Assembly (NCBI GenBank): GCA_016748015.1
Contig: JAAOMT010000120.1
Location: 1 to 19,758 of the forward strand
DNA from: Geosiphon pyriformis uo1
Taxonomy: Eukaryota; Fungi; Glomeromycota
Direction of reading: 5' to 3'
Length of the DNA: 19,758 nt
How positions within the stretch are numbered: position 1 is the first letter of the stretch; every line of letters begins with the position of its first letter. The notes under the pieces are model-generated. The model was not told the DNA's origin. It saw only the letters and a list, made by a program, of their open reading frames with translations, and made no database searches. Of this stretch, positions 1-11,663 are shown piece by piece. The position numbers and the translations under genes were made by a program.

Positions 1-558
1 TCATTTATGTTATTGTCTTTGAGTAGCAACCTTTTATTTAATAATGAAACATTGTATTTTTTGTATTTAATAATAAAATTATCATATCAACCTTACTTTT
101 TTTATTTGGTCTTTTTGATAGAATCTGCTTCTTTAACTGTTTAATTTCTTTCATTAACTCATTATTATTGCTTAATAACTTTTTCTTATTTTTTTGAAGT
201 ATTTAATTTCTAACCAAAGCATTTTGTTTTTTTAGTTAGATTTTTGATTTCTGTGACTCGTTTTTTAATTTTAGCTCATAATAAAACTTCTATATGAATT
301 TAAAAAATTAAAATTAATCTTCTTATCATCAATAAGTGGCTAAGAAACAAGAAATTTACTAATAGTAATGGTTAGATGGGAAAATGTTTTTTTGAGTATC
401 TATTCTTTATATAAAAATCTTTTATGTTTTTTCTATTTGTTTGTATATCTTGTGATTTTGTTGAAAAATTATCCTTTTTGAGATCAATATATGTAGTGTT
501 TATATGAATTTTTAGCTTAACTACTCCTAAATATATGATTTAAAAATTAAAAAAACAT
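1..558. repeat. Left arm of a long inverted repeat (pairs with 16991-17548); probably continues beyond the window's left edge
   Basis: Reverse complement of 16991-17548 with constant register (position sum 17549). About 10 mismatches by eye (203, 324, 360, 387, 398, 441, 467, 489, 502, 504). Sharp inner boundary at 558/16991. Confidence 0.97.
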
Positions 559-1432
559 AATGAGACAACTTTATTTTAGAATATATATCTTTTTTATAAT
601 ATTTTTGCTATATTTTTTATTTATAAAAAACAGTTTTATAAGCAGAATTTTTTTTCTGTAAAGATTTTTTAAAAAAATCTTATGTTTTCGATTTTACACA
701 TTTATTTTAAATCAATCTTACAATAAGAACTTTTATTTAAAATTGTAATATCTTTTTTTGTTGCGAGATTTTATGGAGAAACTATTATGATATTTATGAA
801 ACTGATTAAAGATTTTTTTATTGCAAACAAATTTTAAACAATTGAAAGAACATAAGAATTAAATAATAAAGCAATAATAATAAACTGGATAATAAAACTA
901 ATAATGAATACAATAATAAATCTGACAATAAACTTTATAAAAAATAAAAAAATTGATCTTTTTTTTATATTATATTACTAAAATCTTCAATATTGCACAG
1001 CTATTTATAAATTATTAAAATAAATTAATAGAAATATAACAATTATAAATTTTCTAGTTTTTGATAATTCTTATAAATAAATTTGAAAATATTGTTGAAA
1101 ACTAAAAATAATTAAAACTGTAAATTCCAAACAAATTTTAACTCCCAGAAAGATGTAAAATAAAATTTTATTCTATCTTTGATCTAAGATTAAAGTTTTT
1201 TGGTTTGAAGTATTTTAATTTGCTAATTTTTTATCTAATTTTCTTATAGCTTTTTTATTTATAAATTTTTTATTTGTTATTTTGTTAATAAGTATTAATA
1301 ATAAATTAGAAATATTCAAAATTTTGATGTTTTTTTTGCAAAATAAAACTAAAATTAAGAGGTTTTCTTAATTGAAACTTTTACTTTTTAGCTTTTATTT
1401 ATTTATTTAACCATAGTTAATTACATATATTA

Positions 1433-2063
1433 GCCACTAATATTATTAATTAGCCATTTTATTTTTAGAATAAGTCATTAATATAATATTAACTTAATTA
1501 TTAACTTAATTATTAACTTGGTTATTGACTTGTTTATTGACTTAATTATTGACTTGATTAATGATGTGATTATTGACTGAATTATTAATGTAAATAATAA
1601 TCTAATAATTAAATTTTTTTTGAAAATATATAAGCAAAGCTTTTTAAAACCATAAAAAAGTATTTACATTAAAATATATATTAACTTTTTATTTTTTTAC
1701 TATTTCTTTTTTCTTTTCTTTTTTAATTTATATAATTATTAGTTTTTGTGAAGTATATTAAATAAATATTTACTAAAAAATACAATTAATATTTGATATT
1801 AAATATTAAAAATGCCAACATAAAGGATAAAATTATGTTAGTGTATTATTTTTTATTAATAGTATAGACTAATTTCTCTATTTTTAAATTTTTTTACTTT
1901 TTAAAAAAAATAGTAACTAAAATATTTATAAGTTTGATCTTACATATTAAATTTTTACTAATTTAATCTGCTTATTAAAGTTAAATTACTTTTTTATTAA
2001 TTTTATTATTATATAATACTGTTTTTCTTTGTTATTTGTTAATTTGTTAATCAAATTATAACA
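1433..2063 (+). repeat. 5' LTR of the outer Gypsy element (apparently 5'-truncated)
   Basis: Colinear with ~13264-13828, e.g. gaagtatattaaataaatatttactaaaaaatacaattaata vs gaagtatattgaataaatatttactaaaaagtacaattaata. Ends ...ttataACA at 2063. Similarity to the 3' copy is lost upstream of ~1433. Confidence 0.85.
1488..1595. repeat. 12-bp tandem array (~9 units, ATTRACTTRATT-like) inside the LTR
   Basis: attaacttaatt attaacttaatt attaacttggtt attgacttgttt attgacttaatt attgacttgatt aatgatgtgatt attgactgaatt attaatgtaaat. A shorter version lies at ~13318-13385. Confidence 0.9.
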
Positions 2064-2069
2064 TAAAAA

Positions 2070-2085
2070 TAATGTTTTCTGTAAG
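2070..2085 (+). other. Decayed tRNA primer-binding site of the outer element
   Basis: taatgttttctgtaag lies 6 nt after the LTR end. It differs only by transitions from the PBS tggtgctttttgtgag at 5887. Confidence 0.7.
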
Positions 2086-2679
2086 ATTGTCAAAATTTTT
2101 AATTCTTCCACTATTAAATGAGTAATTATTATTTTTTAACACAAAAAACTTAAGTTTACTTTATAATACATAATTAAAACAATTAAGCTTATATTAAATT
2201 TAATTTTTTTTTTATTTTGCTTAATTAGTTTTTCAGTTAAAAAACAATCTAGTTGACAGTTTCAAGATTTTTGAAATTATTTTTTAATTGAATATTTAGT
2301 CGAAACATATTCTGTATATACTATTTATTGTTTTAATTAAATATATTTTAAAGAAAAATTTGAGACTAAAAACAATTATATTAATTAATTATTGTTTTTA
2401 ATTATTTTCAGTCAACTTGTTCTTGAGTTTGAAATCTTGAATCAAAAAATTTATAACTGAATAATTATTTATTAACAATTCAAAACTTTATTAAAAACTG
2501 AAAACAAAGAAAGTTATTAAACAGTCTCTGTTTTTAAATTTTTTTTAAATAATTCAAACTACTTATTCTAAACACCAACATCTATCATAATTTAAAGTAA
2601 AGCAGATATATTATTAGTTTTTTAAGGCATTTAAATTGTTTTAAGTTATTGAAATATAAGTTTTTTGTTTTAATTCTAA

Positions 2680-3373
2680 AGAAACTTTTAAGATCTTATA
2701 AAATAACTTAAAAACTTTGAAATAACTATTACAGTAAACCAATATAATAATAATTACAAGTTTCAAATAATTAAAAAAAAATTTCAAAAATTTTTTGTTA
2801 TGTAGTTTATTCAAAAAACTACTAAAAAAACAGTTTAACAAATTATTCAATAATCTTCAAAAAATACTGGTCAAAATATAATTTCTTTTATAACTAGATT
2901 TCAAAAAAAAATTTACACTGCAATACTAATATCCAAATAGAAAATAAAACTTAAAAAAAAAGTACAAGGCCCAAAAAAAATAATTACAGAATATATTAAA
3001 GTCATCCAAAAATTTATTAAAAATTAAAAATAGTTCAAAGAATAAAAAACAACTAATAAATACATTTAGAAAAACTGTTTTTTTTTCTAAGAAATGTTTT
3101 GTTTTTTGTTTTTTCTTTTTAAATAACTGTTATATTATTTATTATTTATATTCAACACCTTAATAAACAATTAATAGATAAATTAACAGTAGATTTTACT
3201 AAACTTCTAAATTATTAACAAAAAACAGTACAAAAAAATCAAAAATTTTTAAGACTTTAATATTAATCTTATTATAATTAGTTATAACAGTTCTAATATA
3301 ATTCAAACTTAAAAACCAAAGTCTTCCAATTTGTTATCAATGTAAAAATACTGGCTATATAATACAAAATTGC
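2680..3373 (+). pseudogene. gag: gag remnant of the outer Gypsy element with CCHC zinc knuckle
   Basis: 3332-3373 translates CYQCKNTGYIIQNC, which is CX2CX4HX4C with H->Y (CAT->TAT). ~2689-2770 reads KDLIK*LKNFEITITVNQYNNYKFQII, a transition-decayed EDPxEWLxxFE capsid motif. Many stops; the true start is uncertain. Confidence 0.8.
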
Positions 3374-3981
3374 AATAAATTTCTAATATTTTCTATAAAT
3401 TTGAGAAATAATAATTAGCAAAACAATAAAAACAGCAATAATTAAGTTCTCAACCCAAATACAAAATTTTTTTATTAAAATAACAAAATATTAGTCTTTA
3501 AATTAATAGATATATTTTTCAAAAATAAGAATATTAAGAAAAAAAAATTTTATTTAGTTTTAATTTAATTAACAATTATATAAAATTCCAAAAAAATAAT
3601 AACAAACTATTAAGCCATATTAAGTTTAAGAAACAAAAAGCAGATTTTAACTTGAATCTTAATACAATTATTTTAATATTTAACAACAAAAATAAAGCTC
3701 TAAAAACAAAAATATATAAGAATTTATCAAAGTTAAAACTATTAAAAATTGTTTAAATCAGATTCTTATTTAGTAGTCAAAAATTTAATAGAAATATCTG
3801 CTTATATTATCTTTAATTAACTCATAGCTTATTTATAATTTGAAAAAATTTCCAAAAATTATTGATTTTTAAGAAAAAATAGCCTAAGACCAATAAATAT
3901 CTTTAATAAATAATATTTGTTTTTAACAATAATATTATCTTTTTTATTTACAAGACACAAATAACTAAATATTTTATAAAT

Positions 3982-4269
3982 CTAATTTTGGTTAGTAGTT
4001 TTTTAGTTAGTGCTATAGCTCAGTATTTTTTAGATGTAATTAAAAGAAAAATTAATGAACTATTAATTAAACTTATAACTAATATTTATAAAAACAAGAA
4101 AAAAAGTTTAAGAATTGTTAAAGCAATTTCTATTTAAATTAATAATATATATATCAAAACTAATATAAAGATATCAAAAGCAAAAGATTATATTATAATT
4201 GTTAAAAATAAGTAATTAAAAAAAGCAAAAGCTCTTCTTAATTACAAATTTTGTGAATTTATAATTCAA
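3982..4269 (+). pseudogene. Retropepsin aspartic protease remnant (outer element)
   Basis: LILVSSFLVSAIAQYFLDVIKRKINE...DYIIIVKNK*LKKAKALLNY is a decayed LILDSGS....IIVGNEWLKKAKALLDY. Confidence 0.8.
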
Positions 4270-4865
4270 AATAAAACTAATTTAATTATAATTAAGTGGT
4301 AATATTAGATAGTATTTTCTGTAATAATTTAATAATAACAACAAAACAACAATAATAATAACTTTGATAATTTTAATAATTATAAAAAAAAAAATTGAGT
4401 TTATATTCACTACTTTTAGCAGTAATAAAAAATCTTGAACAATATATAAACCAACAGTTAAAGATTAATTGTTAATAAAAAACTTATCTATTGATTATAT
4501 TACAATATGCTCAAATAAATATTCAAACAACAATTTGAAAAAAAAACAAAATAAAACTATTGGTAATATGATCTTTGTGTTCAATGCTGATATAACTATT
4601 TCTTTTACTTTCTAAATAATAAATACAAATAATTTTTACTTTTTTTTAAGGATTAGAAACTAAGTAGTTTAATTTCTAATAAAAAATCAAAGTTTTACAA
4701 AAAACATTTAACAAAAAAGTATTCAAGATTCAATTCTTAATTATTAAGCAAAAAAAACCTAATAAAAAAGATTAAAAAATAGATATTAAAAACTTATTAA
4801 ACTAAAATAAATTAGTAATATCAAAAAAAAGAGAACATTTAAGTACAATAAATATTATTTAACAT

Positions 4866-5884
4866 TGTTACTCAAGTAGAAAACCAATCCAATGCTATTG
4901 AAAAAACGTAATTAATACGTAATAACATAAAAAAACGTAATAATATGAAATAATACAGAATAATACATAATAACTCAAGATAATACAAAATAACACACAA
5001 TAAAGTAAAATAGCTAATCATAACATAAGATAATTAGTTATAGCATAAAAAAACAAAGAAATAACAAAAATAGCAAGCAATAATTAATAATAACAAATAA
5101 TCAAAAGCAATCTTGTAAAACTAGAGAATATGTATAAAAATAAATAGTTTTAGCTAATAGAAAAAAGACAGAAGACAAAAATCTATTCTCTTAAAAACCT
5201 ATTTTAAATTTAAAATTGATAATACTTTTTTATCTTATTTTTTCTATATTCTTTTATTTACTATTAAATAAAAATTTTATTCAATTCATTTGTACATGAT
5301 TACAAAATTTGTGTTATCAAAATTAAATTAATTGTTTTTTTTATCTTTGTTCTAGACCAGATGCTATTAACATAAACAACTTCACAATTTTAATAACTTA
5401 AACAATTGCTCTTAATTATGGTAATTGATAATATTAATTTCTTTTTTTCTTTTCTCTTATTTTATTTTTTTTATTTTTTATTTCTATTTCTATTTTATTT
5501 TTGTGGAGTGACAACAAAAAAAATTGACTGTTTGAAAATAGACTTTGTAATAGTTTGGTAAAAAAGAGAAGTTTTTCTTAGGTTTGAATATTAATTTTAT
5601 CTTGTTAGCTTATCAAAAAGGCGAAAAAACAATGTCAAATTCTAATAATTGCACTCAACTAACTTAAAGAAAATAGCTTATATTCACAATTAAAAATTGC
5701 CAAAAACACATTCTGTGCCTTATAATTAAAAAACTCTATAGGTAAATTTACATATAATGAAAACTTTTAAGAACTGATAAATTTTAGCATGTTTTTATAC
5801 AATTAAAAAAACTCTTATAGCTCTTTTACTCAAATTTAAAATACTAAATTTTATTATAATATTCTATCAAGTTTACTCATAATA
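4866..5884 (+). repeat. 5' LTR of the nested Gypsy element
   Basis: Starts TGTTA and ends TAATA (TAACA with C->T), followed after 2 nt by TGGTGC. Colinear with 8628-9557 at roughly 85% identity in a sampled 120-nt stretch, mostly transitions. Confidence 0.9.
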
Positions 5885-5886
5885 TT

Positions 5887-5902
5887 TGGTGCTTTTTGTG
5901 AG
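5887..5902 (+). other. tRNA primer-binding site (TGGTGC....GTGAG, elongator tRNA-Met-like by inference)
   Basis: tggtgctttttgtgag lies immediately 3' of the LTR; TGG is the complement of the tRNA CCA end. Confidence 0.8.
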
Positions 5903-6479
5903 ATTATAAAATTCACCAAAACAGAACACCTCAGAAATTTACAAAAGTGGTGACTATTGAAACTATAAAAAAAGATTACTTACTATTTAGAAGAATATTA
6001 TATTACTACTTTAGAGAAGATTTAAGAATATCAACAAAAATTATTACTGTCAAAAGTGATTTTATTCATTATGTTTATGCTAAAATTGATTACTTGTTAA
6101 ACCAAACAACAGATTAAGAAAACTCAGAGAACAAATTCACTAATAATTATTATTATATTTAATTATAATTATTATAAGAATTATAATTGAGACTTTTTTT
6201 TTAATTAACAAAGAAATTAAATTATACATACAAAAACAGTATCTCTAGTTAAAAAAAAAACATTGAAACTAACTCCAAAAATTCGAGTTTAAATTCAATA
6301 ATAATACACAAACTGCACAAAAAAGAGTTTTATTTATAGTCAATAAAAAATTAAGATTTCTTTTATTAACAATTTCCTCATATTATTAGACTCCGAAAAG
6401 CAGAATCTTACTCAATTAATTTACCAAATCACAATTAAAAACTTTAAAGACTTCTAAAAATCTGTATTTTTGGAACTTT

Positions 6480-7800
6480 AACTAAAATTTTTGGACTAAA
6501 TCTTTAAAAAAATACAAATTTTTGTTTAAAAATTTTATTTTAGCAACCAATAATCCAGGTAAAAACACTTATTTATAAGCACCACTTTCAGCTTAGTTAC
6601 TAATTAAATCAAAAATTACTTTTTTAAAAAGAACATTCATATTGCAATTCATTAAAACAATTAATAAAGAAAAAAAATTAGCCTTAAGATTAACAAAGCA
6701 ATTAGACATAGCTTTGTTAATATTCTTTTTGTTTACACCTAAACAAAATTCTATTACTTAGATTATAGCTTACAAAGACATTGCTAAACTGAAAAAATTT
6801 TTAATGAAAAAAACAATGTATATACATAGATTGCAGAAGCTAAAAAAGTGATTAAAGCCAATAATTAAAATAAGACCAAAAAAATCCAAGTTCTATTTTT
6901 TTCTTAATTGGAACTAAAAACTTGTAGTACCAAAATCTTGATAAAAAACTAATTGACTTTGCCATTTTTAAATTTGTTTTTTTACAGTATTTTTGTAATT
7001 TAAATACATTGATTAGACTACAAAATTAATTTAACATAATAAAACAAAAAGATTATAAAACTGTAATTATTTATTTCAGAAAATTTAATTAAACTCTTTG
7101 TTAAATTTAAACAATTAAAAAAGATTATTACATTTCAGATTAAATTTTTAACCAATTTATCAAGAGACTAAGGAGTAATATTTTTTAATTTATTAAGTCT
7201 CAATATCCTAACAATTTATAAGAAACAGTAATATTTGTTTATAATTTCGAATCAATAAAACAAAAAATTAATTATACCCAAGCTATTAATTTAGTCATAA
7301 AAAAAATCTTTAATATCAACATAAAGCTTACCCAATTAAATAAAAAATTGACTCAGAAAATAAAAATTTTTTTGCCAAAAATACAGAAACTTATTAGTCA
7401 TCACAATATAAAAAAAATACCAATAAATACCAGTAATAGCAATACTATTAATAATAATAGCAACTCTGGAAACAAGATTCTCATAATTATTACTATTAGT
7501 AAAAACTTAGTTACATTGCAAAAAATTGTCATAAGAAACTATTAAATTAGAATTGTGAAAACTAATATTAATAATAATTCAAATATCTATAATCTACAAA
7601 ATTTCAATATTTTTTGTCTTCATATTAACAATTTTAATACTCTTTTTAACTACTACAGAATTATTATTAACACTAGTAAACAATATTATAAATACTACTC
7701 TAATATTAAACTTAATTATATAATAACTCAAAATTCTAAGTTATTTACTACAATTAAGAATAGCAAAGTAATAATAAAAACCAAACTTAATCTACTATAG
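6480..7800 (+). pseudogene. gag: gag remnant of the nested element; ORFs 7348-7545 and 7555-7800 are fragments of its low-complexity C-terminal region
   Basis: ~6765-6940 reads IAYKDIAKLKKF...VYT*IAEAKKVIKANN*...IQVLFFFLIGTKNL*YQNL, a capsid motif with W codons turned to stops. ~7154 reads QFIKRLRSNI. Boundaries are approximate. Confidence 0.72.
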
Positions 7801-8112
7801 TGTTGTTCTAAACTATAAATTATAACAATCTATTATTTCAAGCAACTCTCACAGAATATTCAAACTAAGTCTTATATTTTGGTTTTATAAAAACTCCAAA
7901 TTTTGGTAATGTTATATTTTTGAAAAAAAACTATAGTCAGAATTACCAATTTTTTTTCTTTTAACAACAATTAGATCATTTCTAATATAATTTTTTCTAC
8001 TGTAATTACTAAAGATAATACACTTGCTATCATATTTTTATTTGATATTAACAGCCTAAATTTTACTAATCTTTTTAATAAAGCTGTTATTAATTAAAAC
8101 AAATTAATTATA

Positions 8113-8390
8113 ACAATGTATGCTAATACCAAAATAGAATAAATAAACATAAAATTTATATTTAACAGCAAATTAGCAAGCAATATAATTATGAGACAAC
8201 TTATAGATTAATTAAGTCATTAAGTAAATTATATAATTATTTTTAAAATTATTACTACAGATAAGAATATCAAAACATTAATAAGAAAGATTAACTATTT
8301 CTTTTTTAAAATTAATAAAATTAAAATCTTAATTTAAAGCACTTATTATAGAAGCTATTCAATATTAAGCTTTTGTAAAAAACAATTTGA
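8113..8390 (+). pseudogene. Retropepsin aspartic protease remnant (nested element)
   Basis: IKFIFNSKLASNIIMRQLID*LSH*VN...IITTDKNIKTLIRKI...IEAIQY*AFVKNN is a decayed IKLILDSGSAGSII...QYQALVGND. The catalytic LDSG appears as FNSK at 8161-8172. Confidence 0.82.
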
Positions 8391-8627
8391 TACTATATTA
8401 TAAGACACCATATTAACTGTATTCAACATTTAAATGCTGTTTAGCTATATTATTAAACAATTTACTAAAAGCTATTATAGTTAACAATATAAGATAAATA
8501 ACAAATTTACAGTTTAAAAACCTACAAAAAACAATACTCAACACAATAATTGAATATTATACTAAAAAAACAATTTTTAAAGATATATACAATTTTGCAG
8601 AAGCTCAATTTTAAATGAAAAAAATAA

Positions 8628-9557
8628 TACTACTTGAATAGAAAAACCAATCCAAAGTTATTAAAAAAATGTAATTAATATGTAATAACATAGAAAAACG
8701 TAATAATGCAAAATAATACAGAATAATGTGTAATAATTAGAATAATACAAGATAACACACAATAGTACAAAATAACTAGTCATAATATAAAATAACTAGT
8801 TATAGCATAAAAAAACAAAGCAATAACAGAAGTAGTAAGCAATAGCTAATAATAACAAATAATCAAAAGCAATCTTGTAAAACTAAAAAATATGTATAAA
8901 AACAAATAGTTTTAGTAAATAAAAAAAGGGCAAAAACAAGAATCTATTTTCTTAAAAATATATCTTAACTTTAAACTTAATAATATTCTTTTATATTATT
9001 TTCTCTATATTTTTTTATTTACTATTAAATAAAAATATTATTTAATTTATTTATACATGATTGCAAAATTCATGTTATTAAAATCAAATTTATTGTTTTT
9101 TTTTTTACTTTAATTCCAGACCAGATGTTATTAACATAAACAGCTTTAAAATTTTAACAACTTAGACCAATTGCTTTTAATTATGGTAATTAACAATATT
9201 AATTTCTTTTTTTCATTTTTTTATTTCATTTATTTTAGTATTTTTCTTGTTTTTTTTCTTTTTATTCTCTTTTTTTTTTGTAAAGCAGCAATAAAAAAAT
9301 AAATTAACTGTTTAAAAATAGACTTTATGATAGCCTGGTAAAAAAAGAAAGCTCTTTTTAGATTTGGATATTAATTTTATCTTATTAGCTTATCAAAAAA
9401 ACAAAAAAACAATACCAAATTTTAGTATTGTGCTTGATTAGCTCAAAAAAATAGTTTACATCCACAATTTTAAACTACCAAAAACATATCTCTGTGCTTT
9501 ATAACCAAAAAATTTTACAAATAAATTTACATATAGCAGAAATTTTCAAAGACTAAT
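8628..9557 (+). repeat. 3' LTR of the nested element (last ~100 bp deleted)
   Basis: tactacttgaatagaaaaaccaatcc matches tgttactcaagtagaaaaccaatcc at 4866. Preceded by a decayed polypurine tract (gaaaaaaa). The match stops at ~9557, equivalent to ~5778. Confidence 0.9.
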
Positions 9558-9564
9558 TTTACTA

Positions 9565-9830
9565 GTAAAAAAAACCACTTTTATCATAAAATACAAAACT
9601 TATAAGTTTATTATAATATCTTTTAAATTAACAAATATTTTATTTATATTTTAAAAATTAATAGACAAAGTGTTTAGATTAAAATACTAAAAAATTTTTT
9701 AATATATCTTAATAATATTATTTTGTACTTAAAACACTTTTAAAAATTTTTATTCTTAATAATATTAAACTTAAAATTAATTCTATTAAATTATTTTTTA
9801 AATAACAATCTATTTGGTTTTTAAGATATT
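9565..9830 (+). pseudogene. pol: Reverse transcriptase remnant (outer element pol)
   Basis: KTTFIIKYKTYKFIIISFKLTNILFIF*KLIDKVFR is a decayed KTAFIT..G.YEF.VMPFGLTNAP..FQRLMD.VF. 9705-9716 reads YLNN, which is YLDD with G->A. Confidence 0.88.
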
Positions 9831-9849
9831 TTATAATAAAAAATAGAAT

Positions 9850-10180
9850 TTTTTAGCATTGTTTTATCACAAAAATATGAACAAAAAAAAGAATATATAA
9901 TAGTTTATAATAATAAATTATTAAGACAAGCAAAAAAAAGCTATATAAATACTAAAAAAAATACTTAATAATAGTATGATCTATTGACTATTAGAATAAA
10001 TATTTTATAGGAAAAAAATCAATATTTATATTAATTATTAAGCTTTAATTTAGTTAAAAAACAAAAAAAAATTGGATTACAAAAAACTTTTTTGTTAAAA
10101 TATTTATTTAAATAAATACAATTATAATATTAATTATTGTAAAAAAACAAGCAATCAAAATACAGATATTTTATCTTAAT
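9850..10180 (+). pseudogene. pol: RNase H remnant (outer element pol)
   Basis: SIVLSQKYEQKKEYIIVYNNKLLRQAKKSYINTKK...IV*SIDY*NKYFIGK...IYINY*A is a decayed GAVLSQ...E..IAY.S..L..AE..Y..TE.E...YTDH.AL. Confidence 0.82.
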
Positions 10181-10454
10181 TAGTTATTTAGCAAACAAAT
10201 TAGTAATTTTAATTAAATTATTTATTAGTAAAATTTATTAAATTAAATACAACAATAGACTTAAAAAATTTTTTAATATTATTAAATTTTAGGATAAAAG
10301 ATAATACTCATTAAAATTTAATAAATAGCAAAAAAAATTATATAACCAATTAAATTTCTATTTAATTTACTAAAACTAATTATACAAAGAAACCAAAAGA
10401 TTTTAATTGACCACAAAAAATTATTTGATTTGAGAAAAAAAATTATAATATATA

Positions 10455-11663
10455 CAATATGTCGAAAAAAAATTAAACAGAAAAAAATAATCACTGTATT
10501 TTATTTAATATACCAAAAAATATAAATTATATATTTATTAGAAAACTAAAAAACACATTAAAAAAAATTTAATATAATATTTTTTTTTATTTACAATTAT
10601 TATTTTATAATAGTGTTTTATTGATTTTACTAACCTAATTAAGAATCACTTTTTTTTTATAAATTGTTTTAAATTATTCTAATTTTTGGGTATATGTTTT
10701 TTTATATTTTTTTTATAATAATTTATAGATTTTTAATGGAATTTAAGTCAGAACTATTAGATGGTCAAGCTATAATTTCAGACATATTTTCTTAAAAAAA
10801 GGCTTTAACTAAATAACTTGTGTGCTTTGAATTATTGTTTTGTTAAAACTGTTACTTATTTTCTAACATTTCTCTTATTTTAGGTAAATATTAACAAATA
10901 ATTTCTATATAAATTTAAACTTATCTTTTTTTTTCATAAAAATTATCTTATATTATAATTTTGTTTAATTTTTTATTATAACATAAATTGGTTATTGGTC
11001 TTTATATTAATATTCTACTGTATTTTAGAATAGATAAAAAACTGTTTTATCTAAAAAAACAGTTTTTTTAATTATTATTGAGATGTTTTTAAACTTATTT
11101 TATACAATTTTTTTGTAAAAATTGGTAAGCATTAAAATTGTTAAAAAAAGTTTTTTCTTATATCTATATTTAATTAAATGTTTTAAAATAGTACTAAAAG
11201 AAATGTTTATATTTTTTTTGCTAATTTTATTTTTAAAGTCATCAAAAATATTGAAAAATCTTGATAAAAAATTGTTTTAATGTTTATGATATATCTTTTA
11301 ATTTTTTGCAGCCAATTATTTTTATTTACATGTTTTATTATTTCTGTTTTTTTGAGTTTTTTTGAATATTATAAATAAAATAGTATAGTATATTTGTTTA
11401 TAGTTTTATTTTAGTTGTATTTTATATTTTTTTATTTTAAAAATATAATATAGTTTGATGCTATATTTTTTGTTTAAAAAATAACATTGTGCAAAAAAAT
11501 TTTAAAAAAATTATTAATAAAATATATGAAAAAAAATTATTATATTTAATTACTTATCTTAGCATTTACTTTTTAATTCAATTATTACAAACTAATTAAA
11601 ATTAGTTAAACTGTATTAAGGTTTATAATGTGTATTTTGTCCAGTTTTTTTTATAATATATTA
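10455..11663 (-). mobile_element. Degenerate Tc1-type (DD34E) DNA transposon
   Basis: TA flanks at 10453-54 and 11664-65. Left TIR caatatgtcg-aaaaaaaattaaacagaa and the reverse complement of the right end taatatattataaaaaaaactggacaaaa differ only by transitions plus one indel. Removing the element and one TA restores the integrase frame (IIYNMH). Confidence 0.88.
10568..11487 (-). pseudogene. Tc1 transposase pseudogene
   Basis: On the minus strand, KTVFLDKTVF is decayed FSDE, and F*QNNNSKHTS...A*PSNSSDLNSIKNL* is decayed FQQDNDPKHTS...WPSNSPDLNPIENLW. There are 34 residues between the second D position and the E position. The C-terminus reads LVKSIKHYYKIIIVNKKKILY*. The start is approximate. 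Confidence 0.9.

Larger units (their letters stand above)
4866..9557 (+). mobile_element. Nested degenerate Gypsy LTR element carrying gag and protease only
   Basis: Two ~0.9-1 kb direct repeats, a PBS, gag and protease remnants, and a purine tract before the 3' LTR. There is no room for RT/RH/IN between the protease (~8390) and the 3' LTR (8628). Confidence 0.88.

Noticed and set aside
1488-1595. CRISPR array or telomeric repeat
   Set aside because: Contiguous 12-bp units without spacers, internal to an LTR, with no cas genes.
2641-2850. 69-aa minus-strand ORF
   Set aside because: Antisense to the gag remnant; F/L/K/N composition is typical of chance ORFs in AT-rich DNA.
7348-7800. Two + strand ORFs as independent genes
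   Set aside because: Non-ATG starts and N/I/K-rich composition; they are stop-free pieces of the decayed gag region of the nested element.
11590-11615. ...aaactg|ta as the Tc1 terminus
   Set aside because: No matching left end. The 10455/11663 pair has matching TIRs and restores the host reading frame.
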